Source of the DNA: Longimicrobiales bacterium
GTDB lineage: Bacteria; Gemmatimonadota; Gemmatimonadetes; Longimicrobiales; Gaopeijiaceae
DNA: 64,000 nt
Assembly: GCA_965226375.1 (NCBI GenBank)
Contig: CBDDCX010000006.1
Location: 576,001-640,000, forward strand
Direction: 5' to 3'
Below the pieces are notes generated by a model. That model made no database searches. It worked only from the letters and a program-made list of their open reading frames with translations, and was not told where the DNA came from. The translations under genes were made by a program, and so were the position numbers. How positions within the stretch are numbered: position 1 is the first letter of the stretch; each line of letters starts with the position of its first letter. Shown here one piece after another: positions 1 through 9,707 of the stretch.

Positions 1-2
1 AC

Positions 3-1238
3 CCCGTCACCGTCACGGTCCATCCATCCGGCCTCGTCCAACAGGGCCTTCGCCGCCTCCTGATCATAGGCCATGGCCTCCGCCCCGACGGACTCGTCGT
101 ACGCCCAGTGGTACGGAGGGAGCGTCCCGTTGGCTACACGGGCATACCCGTGGTAGATCGACTCCACCATCTCTTGGCGGTTCGTCGCCTTGGTAATGGC
201 CTGCCGAACCCTCTTGTCTGCAAGCTTGGGCCGGCGAGTGTTCCACCCAACGAAATTGACCTGGAGGCTCGGAAAAGCCCTCACGTCCAATGCATCGGCA
301 TCCATGATGGCCTGCAGCTGATCCGGAGTGGGAACGCTGTAGAAGTCGACGCTCTCGGTGAGCAACTCCGTAAGGAGGGTCGTCGGATCCACGATCGTCC
401 GAAAAATGTATCGGTCGAGGAAGGGACGACCCCCCAATCCTGCGGGGAATGCGGGATTGGCTTGAAACGTCCAGCTCGCACCCTGACGATGTTGTGTAAA
501 GATGAATGGGCCGTTTCCTACGGGGCAGACCGAGCCGTACGGGTGTTGAGCGAGCTCCGTAGACGGAACGTCTTCCAGCAGGTGCTGAGGCATGATGGTC
601 AGCTGGCGCCACGCGCCCATGAACTCGGCGTGCGGTTGCATGTGGAACGTCACCGTGAAGGAATCGACTACCTCGACGCTTCCCGGTCCCTGCTCGTAGT
701 ACGTGAACCAACCTGCGTTGGGAAACCCCGACTCCGGATCGAGGGAACGGTGATAGGTATAGGCCACGTCATACGCGTCCGTAAGCTCGCCGTCGTGCCA
801 GTAGACGTCGTCGCGGATGTGGAACGTCAGCGACGTGTTGTCGTCCGAGATATCCCAGGATTCGGCCAGGTATGGGACCGGATTCAGCTCGGAGTCGTAC
901 TGCAGCAGAGTCATCTGGTTGATGAAATTCTGATGCTCGGTGGTCTCCTGCTGTTGGGATACGTGGCCGTTCATGCCACCGCTGAGCGGACCCCTCGCAG
1001 CGGCAACTGCCGTTCCACCGTACCGATCGTCAGGTGGAATCTGCCCCTCGAACTGCCCCATGTACTGGGCGACGCAAACCATCGCCGCCTCGCAAAAAGG
1101 GATGCCGTCTCCGAGGTCCACCACGCCGGGATCCAGGCTCCAAGGCACAGCCTCGCCGACGGGGCCACCGTCTCCACCTCCGCACGCTACCGAAAGCGCC
1201 ATCGCGGCGACCAATACCGCCCACATCGACTTTCTCAT
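3..1238 (-). CDS. ABC transporter substrate-binding lipoprotein, family 5 (peptide/nickel); 3' end runs off the window
   Basis: Absent from the ORF track. Manual translation from ATG 1238 (GGAGG RBS): MRKSMWAVLVAAMALSVAC (lipobox) ... PYLAESWDISDDNTSLTFHIRDDVYWHDG ... YDQEAAKALLDEAGW, typical SBP_bac_5 motifs. Confidence 0.9.
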   Translation of the reverse strand, partial: MRKSMWAVLVAAMALSVACGGGDGGPVGEAVPWSLDPGVVDLGDGIPFCEAAMVCVAQYMGQFEGQIPPDDRYGGTAVAAARGPLSGGMNGHVSQQQETTEHQNFINQMTLLQYDSELNPVPYLAESWDISDDNTSLTFHIRDDVYWHDGELTDAYDVAYTYHRSLDPESGFPNAGWFTYYEQGPGSVEVVDSFTVTFHMQPHAEFMGAWRQLTIMPQHLLEDVPSTELAQHPYGSVCPVGNGPFIFTQHRQGASWTFQANPAFPAGLGGRPFLDRYIFRTIVDPTTLLTELLTESVDFYSVPTPDQLQAIMDADALDVRAFPSLQVNFVGWNTRRPKLADKRVRQAITKATNRQEMVESIYHGYARVANGTLPPYHWAYDESVGAEAMAYDQEAAKALLDEAGWMDRDGDG

Positions 1239-1291
1239 GTCACGCCCTCCGCTCCGGCGCCATCCGGCGGATCCCGTAGCCTCCGGGTCCG

Positions 1292-2131
1292 CTATCTGCG
1301 CCAAGTCCACCCGTCGGAAGCATAGTGGACCTCCAGGCGCCGAGTCTCCGCTCGCTCCACGTCGGTGAGGTCCGCCTGATGCCACTCTCCGCTCAATACT
1401 GCACTCAGTCCTGCCGTAACCGCCTCTACAAGAATGTCCCACGGGGGCACCACGTCCAGGATTTCCTCCAGACAAATCGGATCTGAGGCCCCGTCGACCT
1501 CACCCCGCAACACCGCAAGCTGCTCCTGGCCAACCCCCAACAAGAGAGAGCCATGCTGGAGGATCGCGCCCCCTATGCGGGCTTGGGCACTCCCCACGAG
1601 CTTTCTGCCGTCCACTGTGACCTCACCCTCCGACGGGTGCTTGAAACACGGTCCGGCAGCAGGCGAGAGTGTGCGCGCCTCAGCGGGCGCCATCGACGCG
1701 GGAACACCGAGCGTCGCCAGGGCCGTCACAAGCCCCTCATTCACCATGCGGTAGACGGCCCGAAGACTCATGTCCCGGGTGATCGGTAGCACGACACCGT
1801 AGGTGCACTCCCGGTCGTGCAGAACCGCGCGTCCACCGGTCGGCCGACGCACGAACTCGATGCCGGAGCGACGGGCGGCCTCGAGGTCGTAGCGCCCCCG
1901 GGCGGGTTCATTCCTACCGAAGGAAGCGGTCGGCCGCGCCCATCGGTAGAGGCGAAGGACGCCCTCGCCCGGACGGAGACACATTGCCAACGCATGGTCG
2001 ATGGCCATGTTCAGCGCCCCTGACGCAGGCACGTCCTTCAGGACTCGCCAACGCAGCGCACTGGTATCGGGCGCTCGCCGGTCCCGGGTCGCCCGCCGCC
2101 CCGGACCTACGACCTGGGGAACAGGGGCCAT
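1292..2131 (-). CDS. Lipoate-protein ligase / octanoyltransferase (LplA/LipM family)
   Basis: NMAIDHAL, RRPTGGRAVLHD, GRKLVGSAQ, LQHGSL motifs; next to gcvPH; start placed at the ATG following GAGGGG (2137 also possible). Confidence 0.85.
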   Translation of the reverse strand: MAPVPQVVGPGRRATRDRRAPDTSALRWRVLKDVPASGALNMAIDHALAMCLRPGEGVLRLYRWARPTASFGRNEPARGRYDLEAARRSGIEFVRRPTGGRAVLHDRECTYGVVLPITRDMSLRAVYRMVNEGLVTALATLGVPASMAPAEARTLSPAAGPCFKHPSEGEVTVDGRKLVGSAQARIGGAILQHGSLLLGVGQEQLAVLRGEVDGASDPICLEEILDVVPPWDILVEAVTAGLSAVLSGEWHQADLTDVERAETRRLEVHYASDGWTWRR

Positions 2132-2160
2132 GGCCATCCCCTCAGAAGGCGGGACGGCAC

Positions 2161-2301
2161 TCAGAACTCGTACGAGCCCCTGCCCGGCTCGTGGATCTCC
2201 GTCCACGGGTTGTCGTCGAAGAACGGGTCGATGACGACGCGAGTTCCGTCATCGGTCGTGAGTGTGAACGTCGCATGACCGTGATCATCGAGTTTCGCCA
2301 T
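2161..2301 (-). pseudogene. 46-aa remnant of a metallo-beta-lactamase-fold (UPF0173-like) hydrolase
   Basis: MAKLDDHGHATFTLTTDDGTRVVIDPFFDDNPWTEIHEPGRGSYEF*: family N-terminus (GHA-F...IDPF...NP) joined to a C-terminus-like EPG..EF; no HxHxDH core; GGAGG RBS present. Confidence 0.65.
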
Positions 2302-2333
2302 TCCGGGCAAGCCTCCACCGTCGTTGAGAGTCG

Positions 2334-5261
2334 TCAGTCAGTTCCGGTGGCTCCTGTTCCAGCGGCTACTTCAGCATAGGCCTCGATAGGTGGACATGCA
2401 CACACCAGATTCCGGTCACCGTGAACGTTGTTCACCCTCCGGACGGGGGGCCAGAACTTGTAGTCTCGCGTCCATGGCGCGGGATACGCAGCTTTCTCTC
2501 GCGAGTACGAATGGTCCCACTCCGAGGCCGTGAGCATCGCTGCGGTATGGGGGGCGTTCTTGAGAACGTTGTCCTCCCGATCGGCGGCACCCGACTCCAC
2601 CTCCTGGATCTCCGAACGGATGGAGACAAGGGCATCACAGAGTCGGTCGAGCTCCACCTTCGACTCACTCTCGGTGGGCTCCACCATGATGGTGCCCGCC
2701 ACCGGAAAGGACATGGTCGGCGCGTGAAAGCCGTAGTCCATCAAGCGCTTGGCAACGTCTTCGTCGGAAATTCCGGTCGTCTTCTTGAGCGGACGGAGAT
2801 CAAGAATGAACTCATGAGCGACGCGGCCGTTCTCACCGCGGTACAACACGTCGAACTGATCTTGCAACCGGTTTGCCATGTAGTTGGCGTTCAGTATGGC
2901 CACCTCGGTGGCTCGCCGGACGCCCTCTTTTCCGAGGAGCGCGATGTAGGCCCAGGAGATCAGCAGGATCGAGCCACTCCCCCACGCCGCACCGGCGACC
3001 GGCAAGATCGCTCGTGAGCCACCAGTCTCGGTGACGGGATGTCCAGGTAGGAACGGCGACAGCTCCTCAGTCACACAGATCGGTCCCATTCCGGGTCCGC
3101 CTCCTCCGTGAGGAATCGCGAAGGTCTTGTGGAGATTGATGTGACAGACGTCTGCGCCGTAGTCGCCGGGGCGACACAGACCGACCTGAGCATTCAGGTT
3201 TGCACCGTCCAGGTAGACCCGTCCACCCCGCTCGTGCAGGATCTCGCAAATCCTGCGAATCTCCGACTCGAAGACGCCGTGCGTCGACGGATAGGTGATC
3301 ATTATGGCGGCCAGACCCTGCGCATGCTCGTCCGCCTTGGCCGTGAGGTCGTCCAGGTCGATGTTCCCGTTGTCATCGCACTGCACCACGACGACCCGCA
3401 TACCCGCCATGACGGCGCTCGCCGGGTTCGTCCCGTGGGCCGACGAGGGAATGAGGCACACGTCGCGATGTCCCTCGCCCAGACTCTCTTGCAGCGCTCG
3501 AATGACCAAGAGGCCCGTGTACTCTCCGGAGGCGCCGGAGTTAGGCTGGAGCGAGGTGGCGGCAAAACCAGAGATCTCCGCCAGCCAGCTCTCGAGATCC
3601 GAAAGCAATTCCTGATAGCCCAGAGTCTGATCGGTTGGAGCGAACGGGTGGATTCCGCCAAACGCTCTCCACGTGACCGGTACCATCTGAGTAGTGGCGT
3701 TCAGCTTCATCGTGCATGACCCCAGCGAGATCATGCTCGTATTCAAAGAGAGGTCGCGACTCTCCAGCTTGTGAATGTACCGGAGCATCTCGGTCTCGGA
3801 GCGGTAGCTGTGGAAGACCGGGTGCTCCATGAACTTCGATGTCCTCAACAGCCCGTCGGGGATGGATGAAGACGTCTCCTGGGACACAGCAGCGGCGCTC
3901 AGCTTGACTCCTCCTCCTCGAGGACCTCCGTCACTGAAGACCTTGAAGAGGTCGTCTATGTCCTCCGGAAGCGTCGTCTCATCTACCGCCACGCCCACGG
4001 TGCCGTCGCCGTAGTCACGGAGGTTCATCCTCAGCTCGCGCGCACGCCCGAGAATGTCCTCTCCCGAAACACCCGAAGGCACTACCTGGAGCGTGTCGAA
4101 GAAATGCTCGTGGACAACGCTGTGGCCGAGCTCGCGAAGGCCATGCGCCAACGTCGAAGCTAGATGGTGGATACGGCCCGCGATCCGTCGCAGTCCATCG
4201 GGACCGTGATAAACGGTGTACATGCCGGCCATGATGGCCAAGAGCACCTGAGCCGTGCAGATGTTCGAGGTCGCCTTCTCTCGACGGATGTGCTGCTCTC
4301 GGGTCTGGAGGGCCATCCGCAAAGCCGGGTTGCCGTCGGCGTCCACCGAGACGCCGATGATACGCCCCGGCATCTTCCGCTTGAATCGGTCCTGGGCAGC
4401 CAGATAGGCCGCGTGAGGTCCGCCATAGCCCATGGGCACCCCGAAGCGCTGCGTGTTCCCGACGGCAATGTCGGCCCCGAGCTCACCGGGGGGGGTGAGC
4501 ATGGTGAGCGCCATGAGATCGGCGGCCATGACAACGCCGGCTCCATACTCATGGAAGGAGTCGCAGAAAGAGCGGTAATCGTGTATCGCCCCGTCGGTCG
4601 CCGGATACTGAACCAAGCCACCGAAGATTCGGTCTCCGTGGGATTCCAGATCGTAGTTGTCGTGCGCACCGACCACGACTGTGACGCCCATCGGCGCCGC
4701 CCTCCCTTTCACCACTTCGATCGTCTGCGGATGGCAGGCCTCGGAGACGAAGAAGTGATCTCGTTTCTCGTCGCGGGTGTCTCCGAAGAGCATGGCCATG
4801 GCCTCGGCGGCCGCCGTGCTTTCATCTAGCAGTGAGGCGTTTGCGATCTCCAGTCCGGTAAGGTCGATGACCATGGTCTGGTAGTTCAGCAACGCCTCGA
4901 GGCGCCCCTGCGCGATCTCGGCCTGATAGGGTGTGTACTGCGTGTACCAACCGGGGTTCTCGAGCACGTTTCTGAGGATCACGCCCGGGACCACGGTGTC
5001 GTGATATCCCATTCCGATGAACGACCGGAAGACCTGGTTCCTGGAGCCGATCTCTTCGAGCCGGCGGAGAAGCAGATGTTCGGGGGATGCGTCCGGGAGA
5101 TCCAGATCACCTTCCAGGCGAATCGAGTCGGGAACCGTCTGGTCCATCAACTCGCCGAAGGAACCCACCCCCAGCGAAGCCAGCATCGACTTGATCTCAT
5201 GATCACGAGGGCCGATATGCCGGCTGGCGAATCGACCCTCTACATCTATATCAAGGGACAT
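2334..5261 (-). CDS. gcvP: Glycine dehydrogenase (decarboxylating), glycine cleavage P protein, single chain
   Basis: [59 protein letters not shown] (PLP lysine); start MSLDID. Confidence 0.97.
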   Translation of the reverse strand: MSLDIDVEGRFASRHIGPRDHEIKSMLASLGVGSFGELMDQTVPDSIRLEGDLDLPDASPEHLLLRRLEEIGSRNQVFRSFIGMGYHDTVVPGVILRNVLENPGWYTQYTPYQAEIAQGRLEALLNYQTMVIDLTGLEIANASLLDESTAAAEAMAMLFGDTRDEKRDHFFVSEACHPQTIEVVKGRAAPMGVTVVVGAHDNYDLESHGDRIFGGLVQYPATDGAIHDYRSFCDSFHEYGAGVVMAADLMALTMLTPPGELGADIAVGNTQRFGVPMGYGGPHAAYLAAQDRFKRKMPGRIIGVSVDADGNPALRMALQTREQHIRREKATSNICTAQVLLAIMAGMYTVYHGPDGLRRIAGRIHHLASTLAHGLRELGHSVVHEHFFDTLQVVPSGVSGEDILGRARELRMNLRDYGDGTVGVAVDETTLPEDIDDLFKVFSDGGPRGGGVKLSAAAVSQETSSSIPDGLLRTSKFMEHPVFHSYRSETEMLRYIHKLESRDLSLNTSMISLGSCTMKLNATTQMVPVTWRAFGGIHPFAPTDQTLGYQELLSDLESWLAEISGFAATSLQPNSGASGEYTGLLVIRALQESLGEGHRDVCLIPSSAHGTNPASAVMAGMRVVVVQCDDNGNIDLDDLTAKADEHAQGLAAIMITYPSTHGVFESEIRRICEILHERGGRVYLDGANLNAQVGLCRPGDYGADVCHINLHKTFAIPHGGGGPGMGPICVTEELSPFLPGHPVTETGGSRAILPVAGAAWGSGSILLISWAYIALLGKEGVRRATEVAILNANYMANRLQDQFDVLYRGENGRVAHEFILDLRPLKKTTGISDEDVAKRLMDYGFHAPTMSFPVAGTIMVEPTESESKVELDRLCDALVSIRSEIQEVESGAADREDNVLKNAPHTAAMLTASEWDHSYSREKAAYPAPWTRDYKFWPPVRRVNNVHGDRNLVCACPPIEAYAEVAAGTGATGTD

Positions 5262-5325
5262 GTTCTTCCTCGGAAATGTCAGGCCGCGAACACCGTCGCC
5301 GCGGTAAGAAACAAGGGTAGGACCC

Positions 5326-5715
5326 CTACTCGCCAACCAGGGCCTGGTATCCGGCCGCATCCAGGAGAGCTCCCAAAGCACCCTCGTCGGCAACGCGGAG
5401 GAGGATCATCCAACCGGCCCCGTACGGATCGGTGTTTACCAGCGACGGGTCGTCGTCCAGTGCCTGGTTGATGGCGACCACATCACCCGTGAGCGGGCAG
5501 TACAGGTCACTGACGGCCTTTACGGCCTCGATGGTCCCAAAGGTAGCCATCTTTTCGAAGCTCGACCCGGCCTCCGGCAGCTCTATGAAGACGACATCCC
5601 CCAACTCCCCCTGCGCGTAATCGGTGATTCCGATCTGATAGACTCCGTCCTCACCGGTGGCCTTGAGGTACTCGTGTTCCTCCGTATATCGAAGTCCCTC
5701 GGGGATCTCGGACAT
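5326..5715 (-). CDS. gcvH: Glycine cleavage system H protein
   Basis: [34 protein letters not shown] (lipoyl lysine), [17 protein letters not shown] before ATG 5715. Confidence 0.96.
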   Translation of the reverse strand: MSEIPEGLRYTEEHEYLKATGEDGVYQIGITDYAQGELGDVVFIELPEAGSSFEKMATFGTIEAVKAVSDLYCPLTGDVVAINQALDDDPSLVNTDPYGAGWMILLRVADEGALGALLDAAGYQALVGE

Positions 5716-5725
5716 CGTTCCTCCG

Positions 5726-5770
5726 TGTTCAGGTGTCACGTCTTCAGGTATCACGTGTTCAGGTGTCACG
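5726..5770. repeat. 3 x 15-bp tandem direct repeat directly upstream of the gcvH RBS
   Basis: TGTTCAGGTGTCACG / TCTTCAGGTATCACG / TGTTCAGGTGTCACG. Confidence 0.9.
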
Positions 5771-5834
5771 TGTTGCGTTGCCAAAGTGACCCGGCCAGTC
5801 GAGGGCACGGTGCATCCACAACACTGCGGCGGTC

Positions 5835-5864
5835 ACAATAGGGAAGGCTTCAGAGAAGCGTCAA
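5835..5864 (-). promoter_or_regulatory. Putative sigma70 promoter of the gcvH-gcvP operon
   Basis: Minus strand TTGACG-N18-TATTGT. Confidence 0.45.
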
Positions 5865-5999
5865 GGTCGAAACGACACGACAGGGTCTACCGCAAGATAC
5901 CGGCGTGTCGTCTTTGCACGCCCGACCCACACGGATAACTTTCGTAGGCTCGGTGTCGGACCAAGAACGATCACTCAGCCCGCGGGAAAGATAGAAGAT

Positions 6000-7169
6000 A
6001 TGCCCACCACGTTTGCCAGTGAAGCTCGCCCCGCCGTCACGTCCTTGACCGAAGAAGAGGGGATGTTCCGTGAGGCGGTCAGGGACTTCGCACAGTCCGC
6101 GATCGCCCCGCTGGTCTCCGAGATGGACGAAGCCCAGGAGATAGATTCTTCACTCCTCCCCATGCTATTCGAGTTGGGTCTCATGGGAATAGAGATCCCT
6201 GAGGAGTTCGGTGGCACAGATGCGAACTTCTTCACGTCCGTTCTGGTGGTGGAGGAGCTCTCCCGGATCGATCCGTCCGTCGGGACGCTGGTCGATGTTC
6301 AGAACACGCTGGTGGTCAACGCGCTCAAGCGCTGGGGTAGTGACGAGATCAGGGCTCACTACTTCCCTTTGCTGGCCACGGACATGATCGGGGCCTACGC
6401 CCTGTCCGAGGCCGGAAGCGGATCCGACGCCTTCGCCCTCACCTGCCGGGCAACCCAGGACGGTGACGATTGGGTTCTCACCGGGCAGAAGCTCTGGATT
6501 ACGAACGGGAGCGAGGCGGGGACCTACATCGTCTTCGCCACCATCGACCCCGAGGCCGGCTACAAGGGCATCACCGCCTTCATGGTCGATCGTGACGTGG
6601 AGGGATTCACGGTAGGCAAGAAGGAGGACAAGCTCGGCATCCGTGCCTCCTCGACCACCGAGATCATCCTCGAGAACGTCCGCGTTCCTGGCAACAGGGT
6701 CCTGGGCGAAATCGGCAAAGGGTACAAGGTGGCCATCGAGACCCTCAACGAGGGCCGCATCGGCATTGGTGCCCAGATGGTGGGTACGGCCCAGGGCGCC
6801 CTGGACCACACTCTTCGGTACGTCCGGGAGCGAGAACAGTTCGGCAGGCCCATCGGCAAGTTCCAGGGCGTGCAGTTCCAGCTGGCCGAAGTGGCCACCG
6901 ACCTTGAGGCTTCTCGTCTGCTGGTCTACAATGCTGCCCGGCTCAGAGACTCCGGCGAGGATTTCGTGGTGCCCGCTGCGATGGCGAAGTTGCATTCATC
7001 CAGGATGGCCCAGCGCGTAACGTCTCTGTGTATCGACCTCCACGGCGGATACGGTTTCACACGCGAGTATCCGGTTGAAAAATTCTTCCGGGACTCCAAG
7101 ATCGGCACGATCTACGAAGGGACTACGAACATGCAGCTCCAGACCATCGCCAAGGCTCTGCTCCAGTGA
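6000..7169 (+). CDS. Acyl-CoA dehydrogenase (short/branched-chain type)
   Basis: YALSEAGSGSDA, GQKLWITNG, KLGIRASST, REQFGRPIGKFQ, HGGYGFTREYPVEK, IYEGT. Confidence 0.95.
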   Translation: MPTTFASEARPAVTSLTEEEGMFREAVRDFAQSAIAPLVSEMDEAQEIDSSLLPMLFELGLMGIEIPEEFGGTDANFFTSVLVVEELSRIDPSVGTLVDVQNTLVVNALKRWGSDEIRAHYFPLLATDMIGAYALSEAGSGSDAFALTCRATQDGDDWVLTGQKLWITNGSEAGTYIVFATIDPEAGYKGITAFMVDRDVEGFTVGKKEDKLGIRASSTTEIILENVRVPGNRVLGEIGKGYKVAIETLNEGRIGIGAQMVGTAQGALDHTLRYVREREQFGRPIGKFQGVQFQLAEVATDLEASRLLVYNAARLRDSGEDFVVPAAMAKLHSSRMAQRVTSLCIDLHGGYGFTREYPVEKFFRDSKIGTIYEGTTNMQLQTIAKALLQ

Positions 7170-7360
7170 TCCCGGGTCTCGGTATCTGGGAGCTGGTCCT
7201 CATCTTCCTTGTCGTGATGGTCTTCTTCGGAGCCAAGCGCATCCCGGTCATAGGGCGTGGCCTGGGTGAGGGGATCCGGAACTTCAAGGGGGCGCTCCGT
7301 AAGGAGGACAAGCCCGACGATCGCACCCTGGAAGAACCCAGGGATAACGACGGCTCATAG
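7166..7360 (+). CDS. tatA: Twin-arginine translocase subunit TatA/E
   Basis: GLGIWELVLIFLVVMVFFGAKRIPVIGRGLGEGIRNFK. Confidence 0.92.
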   Translation: MIPGLGIWELVLIFLVVMVFFGAKRIPVIGRGLGEGIRNFKGALRKEDKPDDRTLEEPRDNDGS

Positions 7361-7366
7361 AGGGCG

Positions 7367-8122
7367 GTGTCACCCCTCGACAACATCGTCGTCGTGCTGG
7401 ACCGACCCAAGGACGTCGTCAACATCGCCGGTGTCATTCGGGTCATGATGAACATGGGTCTGTCACGGCTCCGCCTGGTGGAGCCTGAAGAGTACGATAT
7501 CCATCGGATTACCGGCATCGCCCACCGCGGCGATGAGCTGGCGGAGTCTGCAGAAATATTTCCAACCCTCAGCGAGGCGCTGGCGGGCACGATCTTCACC
7601 GTAGGTACCAGCGCCCGTCCACGCACCGCCCAACGCAACTACCTCCGACCCCGGGCCGTGGCGCCCCGAGTGGCGGCGAGGGCCAGCGAGGGCCTCGTGG
7701 CGGTGGTCTTCGGCAGAGAGGATCGCGGCCTGACAAATGACGGTCTGGACCTCTGTGACGCGATCGCCATCGTACCCACAGCCGAGTACTCGAGTCTGAA
7801 CCTCGCGCAGGCGTGCCTCGTGATCTGCTACGAAATCCACCTCGCCATCGCAGACGATGCTCAGCTTCCGGGATACAAGCGAGACGTGGGGCCGGCCACT
7901 CACGAGGACCTGGAGGAGATGTACGCGGCCTTGGAGAAGGGATTCCACCGCATTGAGTTCTTCAAAGGAGACCGACATCCAGAGGGGGTCCTACGCACCC
8001 TTCGCACGCTCCTCTCACGCGCGGAGCCAGATCTTCGAGAAGCACGTCTCGTGAGGGCCATCGGTTACGAAATGCAACGTTATTTCGATAGGCCCGAGAC
8101 GCCTGAAGAGCCAACCAGCTAG
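7367..8122 (+). CDS. trmJ: SPOUT tRNA/rRNA methyltransferase, TrmJ/LasT family
   Basis: VVVLDRPKDVVNIAGVIRVMMNMG, VFGREDRGLTN, YSSLNLAQA. Confidence 0.85.
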   Translation: MSPLDNIVVVLDRPKDVVNIAGVIRVMMNMGLSRLRLVEPEEYDIHRITGIAHRGDELAESAEIFPTLSEALAGTIFTVGTSARPRTAQRNYLRPRAVAPRVAARASEGLVAVVFGREDRGLTNDGLDLCDAIAIVPTAEYSSLNLAQACLVICYEIHLAIADDAQLPGYKRDVGPATHEDLEEMYAALEKGFHRIEFFKGDRHPEGVLRTLRTLLSRAEPDLREARLVRAIGYEMQRYFDRPETPEEPTS

Positions 8123-8133
8123 CCAGTTTTTTG

Positions 8134-8199
8134 TTGTACGTCCCGGCCATAGCTCATATGTTGGACTAATCGAATCCGCCGCGTATCCCGATACGCGGC
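8134..8199 (+). promoter_or_regulatory. Putative sigma70 promoter plus 10-bp inverted repeat upstream of the diguanylate cyclase
   Basis: TTGTAC-N17-TATGTT (8134-8162); GCCGCGTATC-CC-GATACGCGGC (8178-8199). Confidence 0.4.
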
Positions 8200-8214
8200 T
8201 CTACTGGACGCCGC

Positions 8215-9705
8215 ATGCCATCTGCCGAGACGGGTACACGTACGCCTCTAGCTGAGCGCTATCGCGTTCTGCTGGATATCGGCCGTACCCTTACTGGCAC
8301 TCTCAGTCCCGAGGAGCTCTATCGGAGCATCTACCGGGAGACGGCCAGGGTCCTCGAGGCGGGTGGATTCTACATCTCTCTGTACGATAAAGAGGCTGAT
8401 ATCGCCACCGTGGTCTTCTACGCCGACCGAGGCGAGGAGAGCCGGTGCGACATTACCTACAAGGGCTCGGACAGCGGAGTGATTCGAGCCGGTAAATCGA
8501 CCACCGTCGAAGACCGGTTGAACGCCGAATCCGTCATGCTTCTGGGCGAAGAAGAGACCGATATCACTCGGTCGGCCATCTCGGCTCCCCTCATCTATGA
8601 GGGCGTGGTTAGGGGTGCTCTCAGCGCCCAGAGCTATCGCCCGAACGCATACGGGTCCGAAGACCTCGAACTCTTGGAGGGGATCGCATACCTCGCGGCA
8701 GTGGCCATCGAGAACGCGCGGCACGTTGCGGAGATGAAGCGGCGCTCCAACGAGGCGGAGAAGCTCGAGGAGATCGGACGGGCGCTCACCAGCTCTCTCG
8801 ACTTCGAAGAAGTCCTCAGTCGGGTCTCGGCCGCTGCCATGGATCTGCTCGATGCAGACGGCGCCGGGGTGTGGACCTTCGATCGGACCGTCGCAACGGT
8901 GACCAGCTCTGTGGGCCGCAACCAGGTTCCCTTAGGCTCCAGTTGGGATATGGATGGCCCGATCTACGAGACTCTGATTAAGGAAGGGCAGCCCTTCGCC
9001 ATCGATGACTTGGCGGCCAGCCCGTTGATTCCCGAACATATGAGAGAGTTCTTGAAGGGTGGGAGCGGATTGGCCATCCCTCTCGTGATCGGCGAACGCG
9101 TCGCGGGCGCCCTCGCGGTCGGGTCGAGAGAGACAAGAGGGTTTTCCGACTACGACACGGCTCTGCTCACACGCCTCGCGGGGCAGGCCTCCATTGCCTT
9201 GGACAACGCGGAACTGCACGCCAACATCCAGGCCCTGTCCCTGACCGACGTGTTGACGGGTCTCCCGAACCGAAGGCACCTCCAACTGCATCTGGAGCGA
9301 GAGGTGGCCGCCGCGCGAAGGGGACGGAGACTGGCCCTCGTGCTTTTCGACCTGGACGACTTCAAGCACTACAACGACACCTTGGGTCACCTTGTGGGTG
9401 ACCAGATCCTCCAAGCCTTCGGACGCGTCCTGGCCGATGAGAACCGCGCCATGAACCTCGTGGCTCGTTACGGCGGCGACGAATTCGTCTCGGTCCTCTC
9501 CGAGAGCGACGAGGACGGCGCGAAGGGCTATCTCGACAGGGTGGAGGCCCGGATCAAATCGGACCGCGTGCTTGCCCCGCATGGGGTGACGGTGAGCTCG
9601 GGCATCGCCCACTTCGAGACGAACCAGATGGTCGGAGTCGAGGAGCTCATTCAGTCCGCCGATCGGCACATGTACGAGCACAAAGAGCGCCCAAGGCGCC
9701 GGTAG
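8215..9705 (+). CDS. GAF-GAF-GGDEF diguanylate cyclase
   Basis: Two GAF-like domains (AVAIENAR, ASIALDNA); TDVLTGLPNRR, DLDDFKHYNDTLGHLVGD, ARYGGDEF intact. Confidence 0.93.
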   Translation: MPSAETGTRTPLAERYRVLLDIGRTLTGTLSPEELYRSIYRETARVLEAGGFYISLYDKEADIATVVFYADRGEESRCDITYKGSDSGVIRAGKSTTVEDRLNAESVMLLGEEETDITRSAISAPLIYEGVVRGALSAQSYRPNAYGSEDLELLEGIAYLAAVAIENARHVAEMKRRSNEAEKLEEIGRALTSSLDFEEVLSRVSAAAMDLLDADGAGVWTFDRTVATVTSSVGRNQVPLGSSWDMDGPIYETLIKEGQPFAIDDLAASPLIPEHMREFLKGGSGLAIPLVIGERVAGALAVGSRETRGFSDYDTALLTRLAGQASIALDNAELHANIQALSLTDVLTGLPNRRHLQLHLEREVAAARRGRRLALVLFDLDDFKHYNDTLGHLVGDQILQAFGRVLADENRAMNLVARYGGDEFVSVLSESDEDGAKGYLDRVEARIKSDRVLAPHGVTVSSGIAHFETNQMVGVEELIQSADRHMYEHKERPRRR

Positions 9706-9707
9706 CT

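Noticed and set aside
108..1325. 405-aa plus-strand ORF and many similar long ORFs (for example 13540-14817, 39105-40553, 42945-44237)
   Set aside because: Antisense shadows of well-supported genes, common in high-GC DNA; no motifs
5726..5770. CRISPR array
   Set aside because: 15-bp units with no spacers and no cas genes; the same applies to the lon repeat
5776..5995. Glycine riboswitch upstream of gcvH
   Set aside because: Conserved aptamer motifs (GGAGA...CCGAAG...CTCTCAGG) were not found on the minus strand
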